Position numbers and translations under genes: made by a program | DNA from: a virus | Taxonomy: Duplodnaviria > Caudoviricetes | Reading direction: 5' to 3' (one strand) | Length of the DNA: 57,810 nucleotides | IMG/VR virus record: IMGVR_UViG_3300007735_000761 | Span: 1 to 57,810 of that record | The notes under the pieces: model-generated | Database searches by the model: none | The model's input: the letters and a program-made list of their open reading frames with translations, nothing else | Told to the model about the DNA's origin: nothing | Part shown: piece by piece, positions 1-8,710 of the stretch | Position numbering within the stretch: the stretch's first letter is position 1 | Layout of the letters: every line of letters starts with the position of its first letter

Positions 1-152
1 CAGTCGTGGCTCAACTACTGCAAGCCCGGCGAGTGGCACCACAAACACGCGCACCCGAACTCGTTTATCTCGGGCGTCCTTTACATGAAGGCTGCACGGG
101 AGCGCGACAAGATTTACTTCTACCGCGACGGCTATCAGCAGATCAAACTGCC
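1..152. repeat. Terminal overlap, left copy (circular assembly)
   Basis: Matches 57659-57810 apart from 4 synonymous substitutions; lies mid-gene. Confidence 0.95.
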
Positions 153-351
153 GACGGACAACTGGAACCTGCACAACTCAGAGTCGTGGTGGTTCGAGGT
201 CGGTGCGGGCGACCTGATGATTTTCCCCTCGCACCTCACGCACATGGTGGAATCCGTGCAGCAGGAGCGGGTCTCGCTGTCGTTTAACACTTTCCCAGTC
301 GGATACGTTGGTGAGGAAGAAAGTCTCACCGCTTTGCATTTGGAGAATTGA
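1..351 (+). CDS. 2OG-Fe(II) oxygenase (TIGR02466-like), C-terminal part; continues from 57410 across the circular junction
   Basis: SWLN..HxHxHPNSFISGVLY..GDLMIFPSHLTHMV..RVSLSFN motifs; frame is continuous across the overlap. Confidence 0.85.
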   Translation, partial: QSWLNYCKPGEWHHKHAHPNSFISGVLYMKAARERDKIYFYRDGYQQIKLPTDNWNLHNSESWWFEVGAGDLMIFPSHLTHMVESVQQERVSLSFNTFPVGYVGEEESLTALHLEN

Positions 352-352
352 T

Positions 353-718
353 ATGGCGCACTTTGCAGAGATTGATGCTAACGGTGTGGTGCAGCGCGTG
401 ATCGTTGTCGCCAACAAAGACACGGCTGACGTTGACGGCAACGAGAGCGAGGCCATCGGCGTAGCGTTCTGCCAGAGGCTGCTCGGCGGCAACTGGAAGC
501 AGACGAGCTACAACGCTAACTTCCGCAAGCACTACGCCGGGATCGGCTACACCTACGATGCAGGCCGCGATGCGTTCATCCCGCCGCAGCCGTATCCGTC
601 GTGGTCGCTGGATGCCGATTGCAACTGGCAGGCTCCGGTCGCCATGCCGAGCGACGGCAAGATGTATTCGTGGGACGAAGCCACGCAGGCTTGGGTCGCT
701 AGGGAGGCCATGACTTAA
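353..718 (+). CDS. Conserved phage tail-associated protein (possible fibre chaperone)
   Basis: GGAG SD; MAHFAEID..WKQTSYN..YAGIGYTYD..DAFIPPQPYPSW motif, typical downstream of Gly-rich fibre genes. Confidence 0.6.
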   Translation: MAHFAEIDANGVVQRVIVVANKDTADVDGNESEAIGVAFCQRLLGGNWKQTSYNANFRKHYAGIGYTYDAGRDAFIPPQPYPSWSLDADCNWQAPVAMPSDGKMYSWDEATQAWVAREAMT

Positions 719-720
719 TC

Positions 721-942
721 ATGGACTTTCAAGTTCTATTTAATATCGCCATTGGAATTGCTGGCGTTTGTGGCGGCTGGATTCTGAATAACATTTCTCG
801 TTCAATCGAAAAGCTGGACGAGGATGTTCGCAACATGCCGCTGACTTACGTAACGCAAAATCACTTTCAGCGCGATATTGACGAGATCAAATCCATGCTG
901 CGATTGATCTTTGACCGACTTGAGAACAAGCAAGACAAATGA
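721..942 (+). CDS. Small membrane protein of the lysis region
   Basis: N-terminal TM helix followed by a coiled coil. Confidence 0.6.
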   Translation: MDFQVLFNIAIGIAGVCGGWILNNISRSIEKLDEDVRNMPLTYVTQNHFQRDIDEIKSMLRLIFDRLENKQDK

Positions 943-1352
943 GCGAACCAATAGATATTGAACTGTTTAAGGCGCAGGCTCAGGCTGAATTAAATCGGCT
1001 TGAGGCTGAGTCGTCCGCTAAAGACGTTGCCGGTAAAGCCATTGGCAAGGATGGCCTGAAGTACATTACCGCCATCGTTCTTATCGGTGTAGTTGCAAGC
1101 CTCTTTCTTGACGGCGAAAAAATTGCTGCCGTGATGGGCTTGCTCGGTGCTTCGCTAACCGCCTTGATCTCGATGCTAAACGGCATTGCCGGAACGGTGG
1201 AAAAGGAAGACAAGCCCGAGTTCAAAGTCATTGAAGACTTGATCGCTAAACTTGATCGGCTTGATCGCAAAGAGATGCCGATGCGCGTAGATGTTGAGGG
1301 CGATCATGTAACCGTCACCAAGGGCGACGATGTGGTGAGGGCTTCCAAATGA
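939..1352 (+). CDS. Two-TM membrane protein (holin/antiholin candidate)
   Basis: Two hydrophobic helices; ATGA-coupled; upstream of the endolysin. Confidence 0.55.
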   Translation: MSEPIDIELFKAQAQAELNRLEAESSAKDVAGKAIGKDGLKYITAIVLIGVVASLFLDGEKIAAVMGLLGASLTALISMLNGIAGTVEKEDKPEFKVIEDLIAKLDRLDRKEMPMRVDVEGDHVTVTKGDDVVRASK

Positions 1353-1837
1353 TGACAATGGTTAGCACTTTCTTGTCGTTTCTCGCAGGCGGTCTGCCGA
1401 AAATCTTGACGTTGTTCCAAGACCGGCAGGACAAGAAGCATGAGATTGCGATCCTTCAAATGCAGAAGGAACGTGAGCTGGAAATGCTGGCCAAGGGCTA
1501 TCAGGCTCAAGCGCAGGTTGAAGAGATCAAGACCGAGCAGATCCAGATTCAGGCACAGGCCGAAGAGCGCGTAGCCCTCTATCAGCACGACATGAAGATT
1601 GGTGAAGGCGCGAGCCAGTGGGTCATTAACCTTCGGGCATCGGTGCGTCCGGTTGTGACTTACATTTTTGTGCTGGAGCTGGTGGCGCTTAATGTCGCGG
1701 GGCTTTGGTATGCATGGAACCAAGGCACGCCTTTTGCGCTAGCCATGGAAAATGTCTTTAGCGACGATGAAATGCTAATTCTGAGCAGCATCGTGGCATT
1801 TTGGTTTGGGACGCAGGCGTTTGGCCGTAAGTCGTGA
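1349..1837 (+). CDS. Holin-like protein (3TM/GTA-holin type)
   Basis: LRASVRPVVTY and FWFG motifs; TM helices; overlaps the endolysin start. Confidence 0.65.
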   Translation: MMTMVSTFLSFLAGGLPKILTLFQDRQDKKHEIAILQMQKERELEMLAKGYQAQAQVEEIKTEQIQIQAQAEERVALYQHDMKIGEGASQWVINLRASVRPVVTYIFVLELVALNVAGLWYAWNQGTPFALAMENVFSDDEMLILSSIVAFWFGTQAFGRKS

Positions 1838-2313
1838 AGACCAGTTCTGAGGCCATTAAGCTCATCAAGTGCCACGAGGGTGTCAGGCTCAAGCCTTACC
1901 GTTGTCCGGCGCTTTTGTGGACGGTCGGCGTGGGCCATGTCATAGACCCAGCACATGCAAAGGTGCCCTTTGAAGAAAGGCGCAATTTACCGATACCCGA
2001 TGGCTGGAACCGTGTCCTCGGCATGGACGAGGTGGACGCTATTCTGGCTAAAGACCTTGGCCGGTTTGAGCGCGGCGTGGCCCGATATTGCCCTCCTGCT
2101 CTTAATAGCCAAGGCCGCTTCGATGCTCTGGTTTCCTTCAGTTTCAACGTCGGCCTCGGCAATTTGCAACGCTCTGGGCTGCGGATGAAAACCAACCGGG
2201 GCGAGTTTGAAGAGGCGGCTGAGGAGTTTATGAAATGGACCAAAGCCGGTGGGCGGGTGCTGCCGGGGTTGGTCAAACGGCGTCTGGACGAGCAGAGACT
2301 ATACTTGTCGTAA
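1834..2313 (+). CDS. Endolysin, GH24 phage lysozyme
   Basis: HEG..PYRCPA..WTVGVGH (E-x8-C-x5-T triad), FDALVSFSFNVG, LPGLVKRR. Confidence 0.95.
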   Translation: MKTSSEAIKLIKCHEGVRLKPYRCPALLWTVGVGHVIDPAHAKVPFEERRNLPIPDGWNRVLGMDEVDAILAKDLGRFERGVARYCPPALNSQGRFDALVSFSFNVGLGNLQRSGLRMKTNRGEFEEAAEEFMKWTKAGGRVLPGLVKRRLDEQRLYLS

Positions 2314-2315
2314 GT

Positions 2316-2324
2316 TGTTATAAT
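2316..2324 (+). promoter_or_regulatory. Extended -10 promoter TGtTATAAT
   Basis: Perfect TGnTATAAT in the intergenic gap before 2379. Confidence 0.65.
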
Positions 2325-2378
2325 CGCGCCCAAATAGTCTTGCCCCGACTGGTAAGACGCGGGACTTAGGAGATTGAT

Positions 2379-3026
2379 ATGCCTGCGTCAATGACATTTA
2401 CCAGTTTGCAGTCGGACATCCGCAACTACCTTGAGCGCGGCGGAGCGACCGACCCTATTGTCTATGAGCAGATTCCCCGGCTGATTACGCTGGCGGAGCG
2501 CCGGATTGCGCGTGAACTGAAGATTCAGGGTTTCCAGCGGGTGGTCAATACGACCATGCAGTCTGGGGTGGCGGTGTATCCGAAACCCGACCGGTGGCGC
2601 GACACAATTAGCGTCAACATCGGCACCGGGGCTAACAACAACACCCACACGCCGGTCTTTGCTAGGTCTTATGAATATATCCGCCAGTACTGGCCGGACG
2701 AGACCCAGACTGATCAGCCGCTTTTTTACGCTGACTACAATTACAACTTCTGGATCTTCGGACCGACTCCGGATGCCGATTATCCGATGGAAGTGCTCTA
2801 TTACGAACTGCCGCCGCTTTTGGACGAAGTGACGCAGACTAACTGGCTGTCTGAGTACGCGCCCAATCTGCTCCTGTACGGGTCGCTGGTTGAGGCTACG
2901 CCGTTTGTGAAGGATGACCAGCGGGTGCAATTGTGGCAGTCCTACTATGACCGCTCGTTGGCCGCGCTTAATGGCGAGGATCTCCAGAAGATCGTTGACC
3001 GGTCTACGAATCGCCGGGAGGCTTAA
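2379..3026 (+). CDS. Head-tail adaptor / tail tubular A-like protein
   Basis: AGGAG SD; TNWLSEYAPNLLLYGSLVEA motif; position upstream of the nozzle. Confidence 0.7.
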   Translation: MPASMTFTSLQSDIRNYLERGGATDPIVYEQIPRLITLAERRIARELKIQGFQRVVNTTMQSGVAVYPKPDRWRDTISVNIGTGANNNTHTPVFARSYEYIRQYWPDETQTDQPLFYADYNYNFWIFGPTPDADYPMEVLYYELPPLLDEVTQTNWLSEYAPNLLLYGSLVEATPFVKDDQRVQLWQSYYDRSLAALNGEDLQKIVDRSTNRREA

Positions 3027-3029
3027 ACC

Positions 3030-4223
3030 GTGACTACTTATACGAATACTTTCGGCGGGACGAACATCTACCCTAGCGATGTGTCTTATCGCTATGTCTC
3101 GCTGACAATTGATCAGGCGCTAAGCTGGCCGCTTGAGACGGCTCCGACGAATGATGTGGTCGCGTCCATCATGGACGTTAACGCCACGACGACGAGCCTT
3201 GTCATCACGATGCCGGATGCGACTGAAGCGTCTACTGGTCAGACGGTGCTCTTTAACAATGTTGGCTCCAACACGTTTACGGTTAAGACCAGCACTGGCA
3301 CTCAGATCTGTGCGCCGACTTCGGGCAGCACTTTTCAGATTTACCTGACCAGTAACAGCACGGCTTCGGGCACTTGGCGCTCGTTTCAATACGGCGCGTC
3401 TGCTTCTGCGAACAATGCAGCCAGTCTGGCGGGTCTTGGCCTTAAAGCGATTGCAACGACGCTCAACCAGTCGATTGAAGTATCTTCTTTTAGCAGTAAC
3501 TACACGGCGGGTGTCAGCGACCGATCCAAGGCATTTATCTGGACGGGTGGTGCAGGAACGCTTGCTCTGACCGCAGCGCCGACGCTTGGCAACGACTGGT
3601 TTGTGCAGATTCGCAATGGCGGTACGGGCGATCTGACGATTGATCCCAACAGTTCCGAGAACATCAACGGCGCGGCTACCCTTACGCTTTCGCCCGGAGA
3701 CTCCTGCATCATCGTAACGGATGGCGTGCAGTTCTGGACGATTGGCTTTGGTCAGTCTGCGGTGTACGCCTTCAGCGTGCTTCAGATTGATATTTCGGGC
3801 AGCGGTAATTACACGCTTACCATATCTGAGCTTAATAAAACGGCTTATATTTTTATTGGCACCCTGACCGGAAACCGCGACATCATTGTTCCAACTACTG
3901 TTCAACAGTATTGGGTCAGCAATCAAACGACGGGTTCTTATACTCTTGGCATCAAGACGGCTGCGCAATCTCCGGCGACAACCGTAGCCCAAGGCGCACG
4001 CGCCATCCTGTACTGTGATGGCACTAACGTAGTGGACGCGGATACGGCAACGATTGCCATTCCGGTGACCGTAGCTCAGGGCGGTACGGGAGCAACTACG
4101 GCTTCGGGCGCTAGAGCTAATCTTGGCGCTACGGCAGTAGGCGATGCGGTCTTTACTGCGGCCAGCACTACGGCTGCGCAGATTGCACTTGGCCTTGATC
4201 CGATTCAGGGCGGCACGTACTAA
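3030..4223 (+). CDS. Tail structural/fibre protein
   Basis: T/S/G-rich beta protein; PVxQGGTGATTASGARANLG; C-terminal GGTY. Confidence 0.7.
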   Translation: MTTYTNTFGGTNIYPSDVSYRYVSLTIDQALSWPLETAPTNDVVASIMDVNATTTSLVITMPDATEASTGQTVLFNNVGSNTFTVKTSTGTQICAPTSGSTFQIYLTSNSTASGTWRSFQYGASASANNAASLAGLGLKAIATTLNQSIEVSSFSSNYTAGVSDRSKAFIWTGGAGTLALTAAPTLGNDWFVQIRNGGTGDLTIDPNSSENINGAATLTLSPGDSCIIVTDGVQFWTIGFGQSAVYAFSVLQIDISGSGNYTLTISELNKTAYIFIGTLTGNRDIIVPTTVQQYWVSNQTTGSYTLGIKTAAQSPATTVAQGARAILYCDGTNVVDADTATIAIPVTVAQGGTGATTASGARANLGATAVGDAVFTAASTTAAQIALGLDPIQGGTY

Positions 4224-5833
4224 TGCCTTTACAGCCGATCATCATTCGTCCGCAACCCGGTATCAAGCGGGACGGCACGAAGTTTGAGGGCAACTTCTAC
4301 GTTGACGGACAATGGGTCCGTTTTCAGCGTGGGCTCCCTCGAAAGATAGGCGGCTTTCGTGCGCTTCAAGATCGGCTGGACGGCATTGCGCGTGGCATGC
4401 ACGTTCACAATCATAATGGATATACCTATGTCCATATCGGCACGCAGGACGGTGTATTTCGTTTCCGCTTGAATCAAAACGGTTTGAGCAGCATTGTCAC
4501 GAATCGTACTAATCCTGCCTACGTCAGCAACAGCAATGCCAACTGGATGTTTGATGTGGCGTATAACACCACAACGAGCCAGAATGAAATCTTGGCGCAT
4601 GTCGCTTCTGACATTGAAGACATCTCCTCTGATGCCAACGGCGCTCTGTATCGCGGGTACGACAACGGCACGACTACGCTGGATCTGGTGTCAGCGGTCA
4701 CGGTCTCTGGCGGTATCGTTGCCTTAGCGCCGTATGTCTTTGCGTATGGCTCGGATGGCTTTGTGCAGTGGAGTCGCGCGGGATATACGGATGACTGGTC
4801 TGGCGGCGATGCCGGATCTGCTCGGGTTACGAGCCAGAAGATCGTCAAGGGACTACCGCTTCGTGCGGGTGCTGGCAATGCACCGTCTGGTCTTTTCTGG
4901 TCGCTGGATTCCGTAGTTCGCGCTACGTATGTGGGCGGCGCTGCCGTCTTTAACTTCGACACCATTACCTCGCAGTCAAGCATTCTCTCTGGGAAGAGTG
5001 TGATTGAGTACGACGGTTTGTACTTCTGGTGCGGCGTTGACCGCTTCTTGATGTTTAACGGTGTTGTACGCGAAGTACCCAATCAGCTTAATCTGAACTG
5101 GTTCTACGACAATCTGAACTACGCGCAGCGGCAGAAAGTCTTTGCGTTTAAAGTGCCGCGCTGGGGCGAGATTTGGTGGTGCTACCCGCGTGGCAGTGCG
5201 ACCGAATGCACTCATGCGGTGATCTACAACGTGCGCGAAGAAACGTGGTACGACACGGAGCTTCCAAATGGTGGACGCTCTGCGGGTATGTATGCGCAGG
5301 TCTTTAACTCGCCGCTTGTAATTGGCGTCATTGATACAGAACTGACTCAGTATCGCGGCGTACAAAACACCGAGCTGCGCATTACGGAAGATGGCAATCC
5401 TCGCATCATCAACGACCCCAAGGGCTACGTGGTGTGGCAGCACGAGTACGGCACCAACGAGATCAACGGCGATCAGGTTCGACCGGTGCAGTCGTACTTT
5501 GAGACGGCAGACATGTCGCTGATTGCTTCCGAGAACCCGCAGAACATGGCGATCCGAGTGGAATATCTGGAGCCGGACTTTGTGCAGGCAGGCGATATGA
5601 CCGTTCAAGTTACCGGTCGCGCTAATGCCAAGTCAGCCGAAGTCACTAGCGATCCGCAGACTATTTACGCCACGCCCACCGAGAAGCAGCAGCAGTTGGT
5701 GTACTTCCGCGAGATTCGTCGCGAGTTGCGCTTCCGGTTTGAAAGCAACACCCTGAATGGTAATTACCAGATGGGTCAGGTCATTGCGCACATTGAACCG
5801 GCGACCGGTACGATCTTGGGAGAAAACCCATGA
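4223..5833 (+). CDS. Tail nozzle / packaged-DNA stabilization protein (P22 gp10 / T7 gp12-like)
   Basis: WVRF..G.P.KIGG N-terminus; EIWWCYP..VIYN..E.TW motif; size and synteny. Confidence 0.75.
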   Translation: MPLQPIIIRPQPGIKRDGTKFEGNFYVDGQWVRFQRGLPRKIGGFRALQDRLDGIARGMHVHNHNGYTYVHIGTQDGVFRFRLNQNGLSSIVTNRTNPAYVSNSNANWMFDVAYNTTTSQNEILAHVASDIEDISSDANGALYRGYDNGTTTLDLVSAVTVSGGIVALAPYVFAYGSDGFVQWSRAGYTDDWSGGDAGSARVTSQKIVKGLPLRAGAGNAPSGLFWSLDSVVRATYVGGAAVFNFDTITSQSSILSGKSVIEYDGLYFWCGVDRFLMFNGVVREVPNQLNLNWFYDNLNYAQRQKVFAFKVPRWGEIWWCYPRGSATECTHAVIYNVREETWYDTELPNGGRSAGMYAQVFNSPLVIGVIDTELTQYRGVQNTELRITEDGNPRIINDPKGYVVWQHEYGTNEINGDQVRPVQSYFETADMSLIASENPQNMAIRVEYLEPDFVQAGDMTVQVTGRANAKSAEVTSDPQTIYATPTEKQQQLVYFREIRRELRFRFESNTLNGNYQMGQVIAHIEPATGTILGENP

Positions 5834-6066
5834 CGCACCGTATCGTAGATCCGCGTGGCATAGACTTGCAGTACTGGGCAGATACGCTTTGCTTGGACTT
5901 GGATGACTATGCTGTCATCCCGCAGCTCTATGACCCGGATCGCTGGCAAGACTGGGCTGCGGGACTTGTCGGTATCAACGGTATTTCGCAACTCAATCCG
6001 CCGTCGCCTTACCAGTTCAATGACTGGCGCGAGTGGGCACTTCGTTTTTATCAGATGTTGAATTAG
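5830..6066 (+). CDS. Small virion-associated protein
   Basis: Coupled ORF; Trp-rich (WQDWA..P.PY.F.DW.EWA). Confidence 0.6.
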   Translation: MTHRIVDPRGIDLQYWADTLCLDLDDYAVIPQLYDPDRWQDWAAGLVGINGISQLNPPSPYQFNDWREWALRFYQMLN

Positions 6067-6073
6067 GTGAACC

Positions 6074-8710
6074 ATGCCTAGCTACTACACTTATGGTGAG
6101 ATGCCGGACCCGGAAGAAGCCGTTTATGGCGTCGGTGGGCTGGATTCGTATTACAACGAAATGCCTATTCCGGCAGGTGCTGGGTTTGCTTCTCCGTTTG
6201 CAGACGAAGGGCGTGAAGGCGTTATGCCAGTGGGTGCTGACACCCCAATTAACGAAGAGCCTATTTATAGCGGCGGAATATCTGATCGAGAAACCATCAT
6301 GCCGACCGGCGAGGAGGAGCGCCTAACGCAGTCCTCTCCTGCGGCAACGACGGAAATGCCTGCAGCTTCTTATTTTGTTCCGGGGCTAACGACTTCAGTA
6401 ACTCCCACTGGCAGCACGCTTGAAGCTGGTCAGAAGGCAATGGCGTTGGCTTCGCTTGTTGACCCGTCTGCTCTTAAAGCCATGAACTTCCAAGTGGGAG
6501 ATGCGGCTTTTGGGGGTGGTGCTGGCGGATCTCCAATGACGCTTCAGTACTATCGAAACATAGCACCGGATACCGTTGGCGGTCAGGGTTCTTTCTACGA
6601 AGAGGGAGCCTTGGAGGCTGCTAAGGCAAACGCCGCTGATCCCACTCAAGGATTGTTTAAGTCTGGCTTTGAAGCTTTGGCAGGACAGCCCGGAATTCAA
6701 GAGGCTATTCAAGCAAAGAGTCAGCGCGATTTTGATGCAATTGCCAAGGTTGAATCTGACTATGACGTAATGAAGCCGCTGAGTGATTTGCTCAAGGCAA
6801 ACAAATTTAAAGAAGCTTTTGATTACGCCAAAGACAAGGGTGTTGAAGATAAGTTGATGCAAAGTAACTGGCTTGCTCAGTTGCGTCAGCCGTTTACTCC
6901 GGAAGAAATGAAAGACTTCTTTAAGTCTATGCCTCCGGGGTTTGCTGGAAGCAAGTTTGATTTTGCTCCAGAGATGGGAACGACTAGCGGGGCTGATTAC
7001 GGTTATCCAGATCCGCAGTCGGCGTATCAGCGGAAAGAAGACACGACGATCAAAGACGTTGTTAGATTTGGTCTTGATGTCATGCTTGCTGCTGCGGGCG
7101 TTCCGCCTATTCAGTCAGGGCTTACCAAGGCTGCATATACGCTTGCCGAAACCGGCGGCAATGTTGAAGCCGCTCTTAAAGCAGGCGTAGCCGCTGCGGC
7201 TGGGGCAAAGGTCGGTGAGTTTCTGCGTGCACCGGGACTTTCTGAAGTTACCCCAACGGGAGCTGTAGCAGGAACTACTGGCGCAGCAGCTCGGGCAGCA
7301 ACGGAGGCTGCAAAGCAAGGCGTAGCCAGCGGGCTTTCTGGCGGCGCTTTGCAAGAGATTGTGGTTCAGGCCGCAAGAGCAGCGGCTCCGGGTCTTGCTG
7401 AAACGGCGGTTAGAACGCTTGCCTCTAGTGCTTTGACCGAGGCCGTTAAGCCATCTGTGGCTGAAACTCCCAAGGTTGCGGAACCCGTCAAGACAGATCA
7501 GGTTGCTCGTGTAACTGAACCTTCTGGTCTTGAAGAAGTTGTTGTTTCAGGAAAGCGTTATTTTCAGCCAAGCCTTAAATCTGCTTTAGCCAGCGCCGCA
7601 ACGAGTGCAGGCACTCAGGACATTTTGTCTGAAAGACAAATTAAAGAAGCGCAAGAGGCTGAGCAAAGAGCTGCGGAAGAAGCGCAGAAGCCTGAAGATT
7701 TGGAAGAAGTCAAAGTGACGGCTAAAAGGCCAGCGTTGCTTGACCCTCTTGATCTGTTAAGAACTGGAACCGTTCCTGATTTTAGTAAAGAGTTGATGCA
7801 AAAAGGTTTGTACGATAAACCTATTTTTGAAGATGTTCCTATTAAAGATATTCCAAAAGAAAAATTAGAGGAAATTGTTGTAAAAGGGACAGCTCCCGTA
7901 AAGGGCGGTCTTACTGTTGGTGATGTTGCCGCAGGACTTGGTAGCGCTGCCGCTGCAAATGCTTTGTTAACTCAAGGCTATACGCAGCCTAATGTTGACC
8001 CGTTAACTGGCGAGCCTAAGCAAGTTCCAAAAACTCAACAAGAACTAGATTCCATTCAAAAGGCTCTTGCAACCGGCGCTGCTATTCCGGGCACTGGAGG
8101 CGCGTTAGATACAATTAAGAGTTTGCTTGAAAAATACGGCACACTTGAAAACGCATTAAAAATACTTGGCGCTATTGGTGCTGCGGGTGCAAAAACTCCA
8201 ACCGTTTCAACTGGTACGGGAGTTGGCGTTGGGGGTATGGGCGGCGCGTTGCCCAAGTACACCTATACCCGGCAGCAGTTGCGCCCGGACATTGACTACT
8301 ACACCTACGGCACCCGACCGGAAGCCAAGTTCTTTGAGCAGGGCTTGCAGTTGGAAAAGCCGGTTCAACCACCTCCGCCAGCGGACGTTAATCCGCCGGA
8401 TGAGAACAAGCCTATGGCTTATGGCGGCTTGACCGGCTACTCCCATGGCGGCAGTCACAGTTCGCGATACGTAGACGGCCCCGGCTCCGGTCGAGATGAC
8501 AAGATCCCGGCACTGCTCAGCGATGGGGAGTACGTGATTGACGCTGAGACCTTGGCGCTGTTGGGAGACGGCTCGACCAAGGAGGGGGCGAAGAGACTTG
8601 ACGAGTTCCGTGCTAATATCCGCAGGCACAAGGGTCAGGCCCTCTCGCGTGGCCAAATTAGTCCGAACGCTAAGTCGCCCGAAAAGTACATGGGCGGAGG
8701 GTTGACCTAA
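6074..8710 (+). CDS. Internal virion/ejection protein with TonB-box-like repeats
   Basis: 878 aa, Ala-rich; C-terminal AxGG plus GPGSGRDDKIPALLSDGEYVI motif; four L(E/Q)E(I/V)xV(T/S/Q/K)(A/G) motifs; first gene of the ejection cluster. Confidence 0.7.
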   Translation: MPSYYTYGEMPDPEEAVYGVGGLDSYYNEMPIPAGAGFASPFADEGREGVMPVGADTPINEEPIYSGGISDRETIMPTGEEERLTQSSPAATTEMPAASYFVPGLTTSVTPTGSTLEAGQKAMALASLVDPSALKAMNFQVGDAAFGGGAGGSPMTLQYYRNIAPDTVGGQGSFYEEGALEAAKANAADPTQGLFKSGFEALAGQPGIQEAIQAKSQRDFDAIAKVESDYDVMKPLSDLLKANKFKEAFDYAKDKGVEDKLMQSNWLAQLRQPFTPEEMKDFFKSMPPGFAGSKFDFAPEMGTTSGADYGYPDPQSAYQRKEDTTIKDVVRFGLDVMLAAAGVPPIQSGLTKAAYTLAETGGNVEAALKAGVAAAAGAKVGEFLRAPGLSEVTPTGAVAGTTGAAARAATEAAKQGVASGLSGGALQEIVVQAARAAAPGLAETAVRTLASSALTEAVKPSVAETPKVAEPVKTDQVARVTEPSGLEEVVVSGKRYFQPSLKSALASAATSAGTQDILSERQIKEAQEAEQRAAEEAQKPEDLEEVKVTAKRPALLDPLDLLRTGTVPDFSKELMQKGLYDKPIFEDVPIKDIPKEKLEEIVVKGTAPVKGGLTVGDVAAGLGSAAAANALLTQGYTQPNVDPLTGEPKQVPKTQQELDSIQKALATGAAIPGTGGALDTIKSLLEKYGTLENALKILGAIGAAGAKTPTVSTGTGVGVGGMGGALPKYTYTRQQLRPDIDYYTYGTRPEAKFFEQGLQLEKPVQPPPPADVNPPDENKPMAYGGLTGYSHGGSHSSRYVDGPGSGRDDKIPALLSDGEYVIDAETLALLGDGSTKEGAKRLDEFRANIRRHKGQALSRGQISPNAKSPEKYMGGGLT

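Noticed and set aside
1-152. Physical direct terminal repeat
   Set aside because: It falls mid-gene and is about one read long; best explained as circular assembly overlap
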